NCBI GenBank assembly: GCA_043228905.1
Contig: JBHGNT010000010.1
Location: forward strand, 15,562,001-15,626,000
Origin: Azolla caroliniana
Lineage: Eukaryota > Plantae > Polypodiophyta
DNA length: 64,000 bases
Direction of reading: 5' to 3'
Translations under genes and position numbers: made by a program
The notes under the pieces: model-generated
What the model was told of the DNA's origin: nothing
Seen by the model: the letters and a program-made list of their open reading frames with translations, nothing else
The model's database searches: none
Shown here: positions 48,720 to 61,190 of the stretch, in pieces
Position numbering within the stretch: position 1 is the stretch's first letter
How the letters are laid out: every line of letters starts with the position of its first letter

Positions 48720-51700
48720 CTGTGTTTTTGCTTGGTCTAGTGTGTGAACTCACCTTGAGAGTGAAGAGACACTCCAACGGTCAAGAGTCACCATTATGTC
48801 ACCACTTTGTATTCTAGCATTTAGGATGAGTCATATAATCATATTCTATGACACATAACTTATGAGCTTTCACCCCATGCTCCATGAGGCTTGTAGTTAA
48901 TGAAGAGAGAGGGTGACTACATAAAGCATCCTCCTCCCACCTTGTAATATGTTGAGTCTTTCTCCCTTGCTAATATACTTAACCTTGCGTATACTCTCTC
49001 TCTCTCTCTCTGTCTCTCTCTCATACACACACATATACACACAGTTCACACCTATTCCACTTCACAAGAATCCATCTCTTGATTCTTTACATGGTATCAG
49101 AGCGATTTGGTAGCTCGATCTAGCCCATTCGCCTCATCGTGACCGTGTGTTGTGCTCCACACCGACAACCAAGAACCGGCTCATCGCTATTGTAGCTTCG
49201 CTACATAACTCGCACTCGAAGAGAGAAGAATCAACATAATGAATACTCAAATGGGGAGCGCTCTCCCTACCGAGAAGTTGGATCGAAACAACTTCGCATC
49301 TTGGGAGTACAAGATGCACCAATACCTTGTTGGATAAGGTTATTGGAGCTACATCAAAGGAGCGCATGAAGACCGACCCGCCGAAGCGGCTCCCGGATAC
49401 GCAACATGGGAGCAAGCCGCAAGCCGTGTGATGTATTGTTTGGCGACATGTGTTCACGACCACATGCTCGGTTACATTCGAGAAGCCAAGACGCCGAAGG
49501 AAGCGTGGGAAAACCTACGAAAGATTTTCGCCGCCAACACGACCGCGAGGAAGCTTCAACTCCGCCAAGAGTTGAACAACATTCAACAAAGGGACATGTC
49601 CATCACGACATACACCTTGAAGATCAAGGAGCTTTGCGACTCGCTCAGCTCAATAAGCGTAAGTATAGATGATGATGAGATGGTGCAAATATGCCTCGGT
49701 GGCCTCGCACCACGGTTCGGCGCGATGCGAACCGCTGTTCTAGCACGGGAGAAATCTCCCTCCTTCTTCGAGCTCCAATCAATGCTATTGGTCGAAGAAA
49801 ACCACGTGCGTACAAGGAGCAATGAGTCGGAAGGCCACATGCTCTACACACACTCTAATGGAGGAAGAGGACGCGGATGAGCAAGAGGCCGATTCAGCCA
49901 AGGACAAGGCGGACGAGGTCCGACCTACGACAACAACTCCCAATTTCGGCCGCAAAACGGAGGCCAACGAGGAACCTTCGCAAGAAGGGGGAGCTTCCAA
50001 TCCAGCCCGAACCGTCAAAACGCAACCGAATGCGGATATTGCGGAAAGCTCGGCCACCACGAAGAAGAGTGCCGAAAGAAGATGCGTGAATCGGCTTCCA
50101 CAAGTCGACAACTCACGAATTACGCGCACAATTCCAACTACGAAGAGTATAGTGGAATGTACGCATACAACTCCAACCATGGCGGAATGTTCATGATGAA
50201 ACATAGAGCAAACTCTATGTCGGCCTCTACCTCAACTAGTGCCCTCAATCCGGAGGACGTATGGTTTGTAGACTCCGGAGCCTCAAACCATATGACATCC
50301 CATAAAGAATGGTTTCTCGAACTTCGAGAGCCGGAGCGACCCGGTTATGTCGAAACCGGAGATGACACTACGCACCCGATTCGGCACATCGGCAATGTCC
50401 TGTTCGGCGAAAGAGGTAAGCAAACATACATTAAAAATGTCTTGCATATTCCCACCATCACGAAGAATTTGGTCTCGGTCGGCCAAATGGTTGAGCAAGG
50501 GATGCAAGTACGATTCAATCAAGAAGGGTGCTTCATCGAAAAAGAAGGCCGAATCATCGCACGCGGAAGAAGAGAGGGCCGGATGTTCATTCTCGATTCG
50601 CACGAGATGAAATCCGCCACGTTCGCGAAAAGCACGAAAGCCGACTCCGACATAGAGCTATGGCATAAGCGAATCGGCCACATCAATCTCAACAAACTCA
50701 AAGCAATGAAATCGAAAGGAGTCGTCATTGGACTCCCGACATTCAAAGAGAAGGAGATTGAACGTGTATGCGAAGCGTGCCAATTCGGCAAGCAACACTG
50801 ACACCCATTTCCGAAGGAGCGAAACGTGAGCAAAGGCGTACTCGACGTAATTCATTCCGATGTATGGGGTCCGGCTCAAACGGCGACATTCGGCGGATGC
50901 CGATACTACGTGCTCTTCATCGATGACTTTTCTAGGCACACTTGGATCTATCCGATGCGGCAAAAGAGCGAAGTGTTCGGACACTTCCAAAAGTTCAAGA
51001 ATGAAGTCGAGAAAGCCACGGGCCGACATGTACGATGCCTTCGATCGGATGGCGGCAAGGAGTACTTCTCGGACAATTTCACGGCGTATCTCTGAAAGGA
51101 AGGAATTCGGCGAGAATTCACTTGCCGACACACTCCGCAACAAAATGGAGTAGCCGAGCGCAAAAATCGGCACATCCTGGAAGTAGCGCGGGCCATGATG
51201 AACGAGAAGCATATGCCCAAGTCATATTGGGCCGAAGTGGCAAATACAGCCGTCTACCTAATGAACCGGTGCACCACATCCGGCATGCACGAGGTCACTC
51301 CGCACGAAAGATTCTTCGGAAAGAAGCCGAACCTATCACATGTTCGGATATTCGGCTCCATTGCGTACGTGCACATCCCGGACGAGAAGCGTCAAAAGCT
51401 CGACCCGAAGTCGGAGAAATGTATCCTCGTAGGATACTCACTGGAGCAAAAGGGGTACAAGTGCTACAACCCCTCAACTTGACAATCTCGAGTAAGTCGA
51501 GACGTCGTCTTTGACGAGTCTGCATCCTGGTACGCACTAGAGACAACTTCGACTCTGACCCCGCTCGACCAGGAATCCACCAAACAAGAGATAGAGGATG
51601 AAGATCACCTTACGCGCATGTTCGAAGAAAGTCCGATCACGACCTGACTGAGCGGACCACAAGAGCCTTTGAGCGATCAAAGCACATCATGGCCTAGCCC

Positions 51701-54700
51701 GAAGATGGACAAAGGCAAGGCGAAAATGGCGGAATACGAAGATGATCGTTTCACCGACGATGAGTCAACTCACTCACTTGACAGTGAGTTCGGCGGTTTC
51801 GAGGTACCAATCGGAGCAAAGAAAGCCCTCATCTCTGCAAATGAAAAACTCCGCCGATCCACCCGTGTAAAGAACCCCGTAAGCCGATTTGGCTACAACG
51901 ATTATATGGCGTACCATTACACCTTTATGATGAAGGTAGCGACTGTACGGGAGCCGGAAACCTTTTCGGAAGCCGCAAAGGACCCGCGATGGATCGAAGC
52001 AATGAACGAGGAGATGCAGGCACTACGGAAGAACGAGACGTGGGATCTCGTTCCCACCTCATCACACAAAAAGGCAATCGGATGCAGATGGATCTACAAG
52101 GTGAAGTATAACGCCGATGGCTCCGTAAACCGCTACAAAGCTCGACTCGTAGCGAAAGGATACGCTCAGACGCATGGCGTCGACTACGAAGAAACCTTTG
52201 CTCCGGTGGCAAAGATGACGACGGTGCGGACCGTAATTGCGATTGCCGCGGCGAAAGGGTGGCACCTCCATCAAATGGACGTCAAGAACGCCTTTCTACA
52301 AGGCGAATTAGAAGAGGAGGTGTACATGATCCAACCACCCGGCTTCAACTCGAGCACCCATCCGAAAGCTGTATGCCGACTCAAGAAGCCACTCTACGGC
52401 CTCAAGCAAGCACCGCGTGCTTGGCATTCGAAGATAACGCAATATCTTCATCAAATCGGCTTCCGTATGTCAAAATCGGACAACTCCCTCTACATATGAA
52501 GCGATTCCGCAAGTCCGATCGTCATCATTTTATATGTGGATGATCTAGTCATTGGAGGTGAGCATCTCGTCGAAATCAATAAAGTCAAATCCCTCCTTTC
52601 CGACAAGTTTGAGATGACGGACATGAAGGAGCTCCACTACTTCCTCGACATTGAAGTAATTCGGACTCCGGCCGGAATCATGATCTCTCAACGGCACTAC
52701 ATCCTCAACTTGTTATACAAGTTCGGGATGGCTGAGTGCAAATCCGTGGCAACCCCGCTCGATCGTAATCTCAAACTAGATGCGAACTCCGGCACCAAAG
52801 CGTGTGAGCCGACTCAGTATCGGCAACTCATCGGGAGTCTCATCTACCTCACGATCACACGACTTGACCTCAGTTATCCGGTCAGTCTCCTTAGCCAATT
52901 CATGCAAATACCGCATGATACTCACTTGGATTGCGCTAAGCGAGTTCTACGATACGTGAGCGGCACAATGGATTGTGGCATCCTCTACAAGACTACGATG
53001 CCAATACAACTCGAGGGGTACACAGACGCTGATTGGGCCAGCTACAAAACTGATAGAAGATCAACCTCCGGATTTGTTTTCTCCCTCGGCAGCGGAGCAA
53101 TATCCTGGAGTAGCAAGAAGCAGCCCACCGTCTCTCTTTCGAGTACAGAGGCAGAATATAGGGGCACAACCGTAACTGCATGTGAAGCCGTATGGCTCAA
53201 GAGGATTTTGAAGGATCTGGGCGTACCCATCAAGGATCCGACTTCCCTTTACTGCGACAACATGAGCAGTATCTATTTGGCTCGGAACCCGATGTTCCAT
53301 GCGCTGTCGGGGTAGTTGTGGTTCGTGTGGCGAAGTCGCGGGGACTATGGTTAAGGGGAGTTGAAGAAACTTAACTTTTAATAAGGCTTGTATGGTGATG
53401 TTAGAAAGGTTAAGAGTAGCAATAAGAAGAGTTACAAGTAATGTGTGTGAGAGAGAGAGACGAGAATAGATAGAAGATAGAGACAATATATGATTCAAGA
53501 AGCAAGATAGAGACGAAATATGATTTAAGAAGGAAGATTGAGACAAAGTATGAATCAAGAAGCAAGAGTATTTGATATAAACATGATGAAAAAGACAATA
53601 TTTTACCAACTTTACAATCCTTGATCGCAAACTGAACACATTCTCTACCGACCCTTGATTTGAACCCACGACCTCAACTTCGAAACGAGAGGTTGTCCAC
53701 CCAATGAGCTAGTCTTCTCTACTTGATTATATTATTTTCTCACTCTCCCTTCATTCCTTACCTTGTTTTCCCTTTCCCCTCTTTATATAAGTGTTGCCAT
53801 GCATATGGTAATGTATGGGAGCATGGCATGCATGCAATGCATGAGTTACATGTAATGCATGATTGCCATTTGGCGCACATGCATTACATGTGATGAATGA
53901 TGGCTATGTATGAAAATAGATATGGGATAAGTATAATGATGAAAATGCATTCTAAAATAACTAACCTAGCTTTGTGGTGTATGCTTGGTGCTTGGTATAC
54001 AAGGTTGAGGGTTCAAGTCCCTCAATTTTACTTAATACAATATATAGCTTCATTCTTATATCATGAAGCACATTTATTACACACTTTTACAAATAAATGG
54101 CCTAGCCTAGTGGTATGTACATTGTACATCGTATATAAGGATGTGGGTTCAAGTCTCTCAAATATTATTAAATACAACATTTAAGCTCATTTTTATATCG
54201 TGAAGCACATTCTTCACGACACCCACCCCCTCTGAACTTGCACATTAGTTGTGCAGAGTTCATCCAATACTTCTTCCGATTCTTTTAGTTCTTCTACTTC
54301 TTCATAAAATTCAGGCTCTAATGACTCCCTCCTTTTAAATATTTTAATCCTTTTTCCTGCAATTGGGATACGAATTTCTGTCCCATCTAATTCATTGAGG
54401 AAATATGTGGCTTTATCTGTTATTTTCCTAACTTCATAAGGTCCAAACCATCTTTTTGCAAACTTCCGAATAGTATTGTATTGATTATCTAGGCTATTAT
54501 CATATACTAATACCCAATCTCCCTCTTGCACCTTTCTTGGTCGTATTCTTTTCATCTTGTCAAATCTGTCCTTATTCTTGATTGTTGCCTCTTTCAATCT
54601 AATAGCTGCTTTTTCTATATCTTCTGTCCTTGATTGAAGTTGTCGTATTCGAACTGCAAGTAAATCTTCCCTACTCATTTTTGATTCCCAAGGCAACACA

Positions 54701-57640
54701 ACCCATGTAGTTATCTTTTCTTCAATTGGCATTATTGGCTTCTGTCCTGTGATTAATTCTACAGGCATATATCCAGTAACAGTGCTGTGAGTTGTCCTAT
54801 CAGCCCATAGTGCATAGGGTAAGGTTTTTGGCCAATCACTGACCCGTCCTCTACATGCCTTTGCCAAAGCTTTGACTATTGGCCCATGTCCCCTTTCTAC
54901 CTTTCCATTAGCTTCTGGATTGTACGCCGTTGTCAAAGAAAGCCGAATTCCTATTTTGTCGAAAAAATCTTGAGCTTCCGCAGAATTGAGTTCTCCCCTA
55001 TTTGCCACTATCTTCCCAATACATTCATATCTACAAACAATGTTCTCCAAGATGAATTGACATACTCCTAATGTCCCTTTTGTTCGCAATGAACGACCTT
55101 CCACTTGATTTGTTAGATCTTCTCTAGCAAGAACCAAGTATCTCTTTTGTCCTACTCCAAGTGGCATTGTTACCAAATCTATCATCCACTTGTAATGCAC
55201 CCCCGGTGAGTATGTTGGGTGTAATTCATCACAAAATTTTATGTTTGAATAATATTGACAAGTGGGACAAGTTTCCACATACTTTTTTATTTGCTCATAG
55301 TATCGAGGCCACCAAAATCGTTCTTTAATCTTACTGAAAGTGGCCCACACTCCTCGATGACCAGCCCATTCTTTGTCATGCAGCTCTCTGATTATCTCCT
55401 TTCTTTGCCCTTCGGAACCTATTACTCTTTGCGGGTTTCCAGTCTTGGTTTTCGGATGTCGCCATAGATATCCTTCATGCAGGAAGAACTTATGGGCTTT
55501 CTTACGAAACTGTGCGAACTCTTTTCCAGATCGACCTTTGTACTTGTCAGGGGTTTGTAGGTATTTCCCTATTTCCTTGAATTCTTCTTCATACTCCTCT
55601 TCTAGAAACTGCATTCCTCCTTCCCGGGTAATGCTTGTGGTAAGAACTGTTTGTTCTTTGTCCTCATCGTCCGAGTCTGGAATCTCCTCTTCCTCATACC
55701 TTGCTCTTGATAACATATCTGCTACTGCATTTCTATTCCCAAAGATATGTCGAACTTCAGGGTTGACTGATCTAATATATATATACACCATCTTAATATG
55801 GCTTGATCTGGAATATCACAATTAGCTATGATACCAAGAATAGGCAAACATTCTGTTTCTATTATTACTTCAGCACCAATTAAGTAATCTCTGTCTATCT
55901 TTACTGCTGTTACTATCCCCCATAGCTCTCTTTTCACCTGTGCATATTTTCTTTGTCGACCACTAAGAACCTTTGCTCCGAATCGGACTGGATATCTTTC
56001 TTCCCCATCTTGTTGGCTTATCACCCATCCAATTCCAATGGGACTAGAGTCTACTGTGAGATATATGGGTCGGGTGTAGTCAGGTTGCTTTAATGGTGGA
56101 GCTTGTGCTAAGTAGTACTTCAATTTCTTCATTGCCTCTGAATGCTCTTCACTCCATTCAAATATCTCTCCTTTTCTTAGGAGTCTATATAAAGGTTTAG
56201 ATAAATGGGCATAATGCGGAATCCATTTATAGTAAAAAACACATACCCCCAGAAACCTTCGTACTTCTGAGACGGATGTACATTCCTCTTGCATATTTTG
56301 AATTGCATTGACCTTGGTTGGGGATGGCTTTCTTCCGTATGGGCCACACATATGACCAACTATTAATATCTCTTTTGCCCCAAATATTGACTTCACACCT
56401 GATAAGGTCAAATGCACCTCTTCCATCCTTGATAGCACCTTCTCACAATCTTTGATATGATCAGCAACAAATTGACGGCAACCACTTTCGTCCAATTCCT
56501 CGTTCTTCTCTTCCTCCTTGCATCCTTTAATTGGAACATCATCTAGAAAAGGCATTGTAATATGAGGAATAAAATCACGAAGTACCTTGTTCATTCCATT
56601 CATCATATGCGCCACTGAGTTGGTCGCTCCTTGCGGCAAGGTGCACATCCGTACTAACCCTATAGGTGTCTAGATAGAAGTTATATCTCGACTTTTGATA
56701 GCAAGTTGAAATTGATCATACCCGGAATAAAGGTCTCCCATTGAATATATAGCTCTTCCTGCAAACATCTCAACAAACTCATCCACAATTGGCCCTACTC
56801 CCGAGTTTCGGATTGTTACCTTATTCACGGGTTGCATATCTTGGATAAATCGGAGTCGCCCATCTTTCTTTAACACAGTGAACCATCGACTCGAGTAAGG
56901 AGCATTCAATGGTTCCAAGATACGGTCCCATCCTTATCTTTTCTTTCAAAAGTTCTAATAGTTGAGGAATTCTAGCCCTAGGCATGGGTATTGGCTTAAA
57001 GTTCCATGGAATATGAGGGATAGTGAATATAACCATGGGCTCCACAATTTCTGGATCCACACACCCTATTTCCTCCGGTTGGAATGCGAATGCCTTTCCA
57101 TGCCTTTTTAACATCTCCCTGAACTGCTTTTCTTCAGCGGGTAATAGGAAGTCACCCCCTCCTATTTTCATCCCTTGTATTGTTTCCGGAGTAAACACAT
57201 GTCCTACCTTTCGTGGGTCTCTGATCATTGGCTCCGTGGCTGCTTCTTTGATTGCCTTTTCACTATCCCCTGGAAGTGGAGCAGCAATAGGACGAACCTT
57301 CTTCTCCACTGTCTTGTATTTTGTTAGTACATGTGCTTCATGATCCTTTCGAGCAACTTCTTCAATGACCTCGTACATCTTGATTGAATGGACAGGAACT
57401 TGGATTTCGTTGTCTTCTTCAATTGCTTCCAAATGAGTTATTGTATCTTCAAAACTTAATTCTTCAAACATATCCTGAATTTCTTCATCATCCTCTATTA
57501 ATCCAGAACACTTAAAGTACTCGAAAGCATTTTGTATTTTATTATTATTTACTTTTAGTATAAAAGTAGCACCATTAGATGAGTTTGTACAAGGAATATC
57601 TTTATTTACATTATTATTTATGGGGTTTTCTTTTATGTTC

Positions 57641-57684
57641 GGGCTATCACAGCCCCTACCTGTAAAAGCCCTATCTAAAAATCC
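57641..57684 (-). promoter_or_regulatory. Candidate programmed -1 ribosomal frameshift signal
   Basis: G_GAT_TTT (57684-57678) immediately before the gag-PR TAG, a 6-nt spacer, then hairpin GGGCT-T-TTACAG/GTAGGGG/CTGTGA-T-AGCCC. The -1 frame is open into the RT ORF. Confidence 0.7.
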
Positions 57685-59806
57685 TGGGAAAACTCTTCAT
57701 CCATCTCTTGATTTGGATGTTCCCTCAAGCATTCTTTGTTTCTTTCATGGTTGGGCCTCACAGTTAAGAATTGGACAGTCTTTCTTCCATCTTTACTCTT
57801 GATTCTCGCGAAAGCCGAACCATCATCAATAACCTTTGTTTCCATCCTCACTGTGGTGATGTAGGGCTGACCAAGGATGATGGGGTAGGTTGATCGATCC
57901 TGCACAAAGAAATTTTGATTCACCGAGACATCACCAATTGTTACCTTCACACTAGGACATGCTCCGAATAGATCCTCCGTAGTTTCTGTGGCAGCTCTTA
58001 TTTTCCACCCATGATTCTTGTCGATCGGCCACTGTCCTCGAGCGTAAAATTCCGATGACATCATGTTAATCTCGGATCCATGATCGATCAAAGCAATACA
58101 TGGAATTTGCTGCTCCCCAGTTTTTGCAGGTGCCTCCGTTGTTGCTCGAGCCCAATGGTCCTTTGTATAGTGACTCCTATCCCCTTCATGAACGCCAACA
58201 TCATTCTGGTTTTTAACACTTGCAGCATTGATGGTGCCACCATACAAATCTTGGAGTGTTGTTGCACACCCTCCCGTAATTTCCTCCGTCACCTGTCTCT
58301 TCCTTCTAATAATATCTATGATAACTTCATGAAATTCTTTCTTTGCTATACCCAACACTTCTCTTAAAGTAAATTCTACCTTACTATTTAATATTCTTGT
58401 TTCTAGTACCTTTTTCATATCCGTCGTTGTTTCTATGTCCGAGGCAAGCTTGAAAGATGGGCCTATCTTTCCTTTTACTTTATCAGCTTCCTTCGGCTCA
58501 GTAGCACCCTTTTCCATCTCCCTTCTCTTTTGTTCTCGTGTCTCATGTCTCTTTGTCGGATCAACTTCCTCAGCTCTCTTCCGCTTCTCTTCCACTAGCA
58601 CATCTTGTGCATTCACTTGGGCGAATGCTGATAGCGCGTCTACTGGATCATTCCATCCAATGAAGTTTCGTATTTCATCTCCTGCTCTTTTTAATTCATC
58701 CACTCGAACCTTCCCTTTTCTTGCATAATCCATCACATCTTGCCAAAAGCCAGATCCACCATATGAGTCTTCTACGCGCAACCCTAAGGTCGCCACAGAT
58801 TGTATCGCTTGAGTCGTTTCTCTCTCAGCATCTTCCATTAGCTTTTTCATTCCTCCTCATCCGAAGTTGAGTTGAAGTGGTTGTCGAGTCTTTGTCGAGT
58901 GAATCTTGCCCTCTTGATAGTAGATCTTATTATGATTAAGAGCATCCTTATGCTCTTGACAATCTTTCTTCTGGTGGTCGATACTATCACACCACATACA
59001 CCTTCGGACCATTCCACCTCCCTGCCTTGATGAAGTCGAGCTTTGTCCCGATTCTAGCTTCGTCACTTTGATCGACAAGTCTTTCATGCCTTTCACCAAT
59101 TCGTGTAAGAGTGATTCTTCTACTTTCTTTTCTCCCGACTCGTTCCCCGTTTCTTCATCATTTCTGTCGGGCAACTCCATAAACCATAACTTTCTTTTGC
59201 AAAAATGGGCGCACGCCCTTTTCACCTCCTCCCAATCTTCAATAAGTCCACTTGGACTATTCTGATCTTCTAAAAGCATTCCCAAGTCCCTCTTGTCTTT
59301 AATATTAGTAGCTTGTAGAAACAATATTACTTTATCTGGCACTATTATATTTCTATCTCTAACATTTAGTTGCTCAAATCTTTCAGAAAACTCTTTTAAT
59401 ACTTCCAAAACACTTAAATGTTTATTAGACTCTACCCAATCCATGAAAGCTCTCTTTGTCATCCTTGACATATCGTTGAGGTTGTATTCATTTAGCAATG
59501 CTCTTTCGAAAGTCACCCATGTCTGATGTTCCCTCTGTAGCTCCTGGATCCTTTCTTGTAGGCCAATTGCAGTGACTCGACTAAAGCTATTAATTTTTGC
59601 AACTTCGTCGACACCGCATTTAAGCATTTCTTCATTATAAATCTTCAGAAATCTTGTTAAATTTATACCTTCGAAGATTCCTACTCGTGCGAGAATATTG
59701 TCGACGGCTTTGTCGATGCTTGCCATCATCCCTTGTTCCCGCATCACTCGTTCCATCATCGTACACATAAGCCGAATTTGCTCCTCCATTTCTCCTCGTC
59801 GCCGCT

Positions 59807-59824
59807 TTCACGTCGGGTTCACCA
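59807..59824 (-). promoter_or_regulatory. Primer binding site complementary to tRNA-Trp
   Basis: TGGTGAACCCGACGTGAA, 4 nt inside the 5' LTR, matches the 3' end (..TTCACGTCGGGTTCACCA) of plant cytosolic tRNA-Trp as I recall it. Confidence 0.8.
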
Positions 59825-60949
59825 AATGTGTCGGGGTAGTTGTGGTTCGTGTGGCGAAGTCGCGGGGACTATGGTTAAGGGGAGTTGAAGAAACTTAACT
59901 TTTAATAAGGCTTGTATGGTGATGTTAGAAAGGTTAAGAGTAGCAATAAGAAGAGTTACGAGTAATGTGAGAGAGAGAGAGAGACGAGAATAGATAGAAG
60001 ATAGAGACAATATATGATTCAAGAAGCAAGATAGAGACGAAATATGATTTAAGAAGGAAGATTGAGACAAAGTATGAATCAAGAAGCAAGAGTATTTGAT
60101 ATAAACATGATGAAAAAGACAATATTTTACCAACTTTACAATCCTTGATCGCAAACTGAACACATTCTCTACCGACCCTTTATTTGAACCCACGACCTCA
60201 ACTTCGAAACGAGAGGTTGTCCACCCAATGAGCTAGTCTTCTCTACTTGATTGTATTATTTTCTCACTCTCCCTTCATTCCTTACCTTGTTTTCCCTTTC
60301 CCCTCTTTATATAAGTGTTGCCATGCATATGGTAATGTATGGGAGCATGGCATGCATGCAATGCATGAGTTACATGTAATGCATGATTGCCATTTGGCGC
60401 ACATGCATTGCATGTGATGAATGATGGCTATGTATGAAAATAGATATGGGATAAGTATAATGATGAAAATGCATTCTAAAATAACTAACCTAGCTTTGTG
60501 GTGTATGCTTGGTGCGTGGTATACAAGGTTGAGGGTTCAAGTCCCTCAATTTTACTTAATACAATATATAGCTTCATTCTTATATCATGAAGCACATTTA
60601 TTACGCACTTTTACAAATAAATGGCCTAGCCTAGTGATATGTACATTGTACATCGTATATAAGGATGTGGGTTCAAGTCTCTCAAATATTATTAAATACA
60701 ACATTTAAGCTCATTTTTATATCGTGAAGCACATTCTGCACGACAACGTGGACAAAGCACATCAAAGTGCACTATCACTTCATCCGAGAGTGCGTTCTGG
60801 CTGGCGATGTCGACCTACAACACATTAGCACCAATCTTCAAACGGCCGACATCTTCACTAAAGCCTTAGGATCCGACAAGCTATGGCAATTCATGACCGA
60901 TCTCGGATTGACGATCCCTGACCTGCCAAGCTTGAGGGGGAGTACTGAA

Positions 60950-61190
60950 GACACTACGCAATAACGCGTAGATTCCGCAACCGCGCACTACGCAATAACG
61001 CGTGGATTCCGCAACCACGCAACAAAGCCGCGAAGAAAGACGCAAGCCGAAGCACATACTTCGCAACTACGCACGCAAGCCGAAGCACTGACTTCGTAAC
61101 TACGCACAACGCAAGCTGGAGCACGGATTCCGCAACTCTGCATACATGCGAGTCGACACGAGTCGACGCGGACTCCAGAACGCGAGTTGA
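60950..61190 (+). repeat. Tandem repeats in the Copia 3' UTR
   Basis: ACTACGCAATAACGCGT(A/G)GATTCCGCAACC x2, plus CGCAAGCCGAAGCAC..ACTTCG(C/T)AACTACGCAC units. Confidence 0.75.

Larger units (their letters stand above)
53305..60745 (-). mobile_element. Nested non-chromovirus Ty3/Gypsy element
   Basis: 917-bp LTRs at 53305-54221 and 59829-60745 (TGTCG..CGACA, about 10 differences by eye). PPT at 54222-54233. Apparent 4-bp TSD GCGC/ACGT. gag-PR at 59789-57675 (CMWCDSIDHQKKDC, ALIDHGSEIN). RT-RH-INT from ~57680 to 54214 (YKTVEKKVRP, FLDD, VDSSP, GPY). No chromodomain. Several stops and frameshifts. Confidence 0.95.
49239..60964 (+). pseudogene. Copia gag-pol (gag, CCHC, PR, INT, RT, RH), inactivated by stops and the Gypsy insertion
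   Basis: CGYCGKLGHHEEEC, WFVDSGASNHMT, HSDVWGP, QNGVAERKNR, QMDVKNAFL, YVDDL, YTDADW. RNase H reads NPMFHA|RTKHIKVHYHF across the insertion. Seven in-frame stops. Confidence 0.93.

Noticed and set aside
53651-54165. Functional tRNA genes
   Set aside because: No convincing 7-bp acceptor stems or canonical anticodon loops. Kept only as tRNA-like cassettes.
55780-56930. Additional programmed frameshifts in the nested Gypsy pol
   Set aside because: The shifts at ~56920 and ~55790 fall inside conserved RT/RH sequence (a small insertion; TA-run slippage) and lack slippery-site plus structure.
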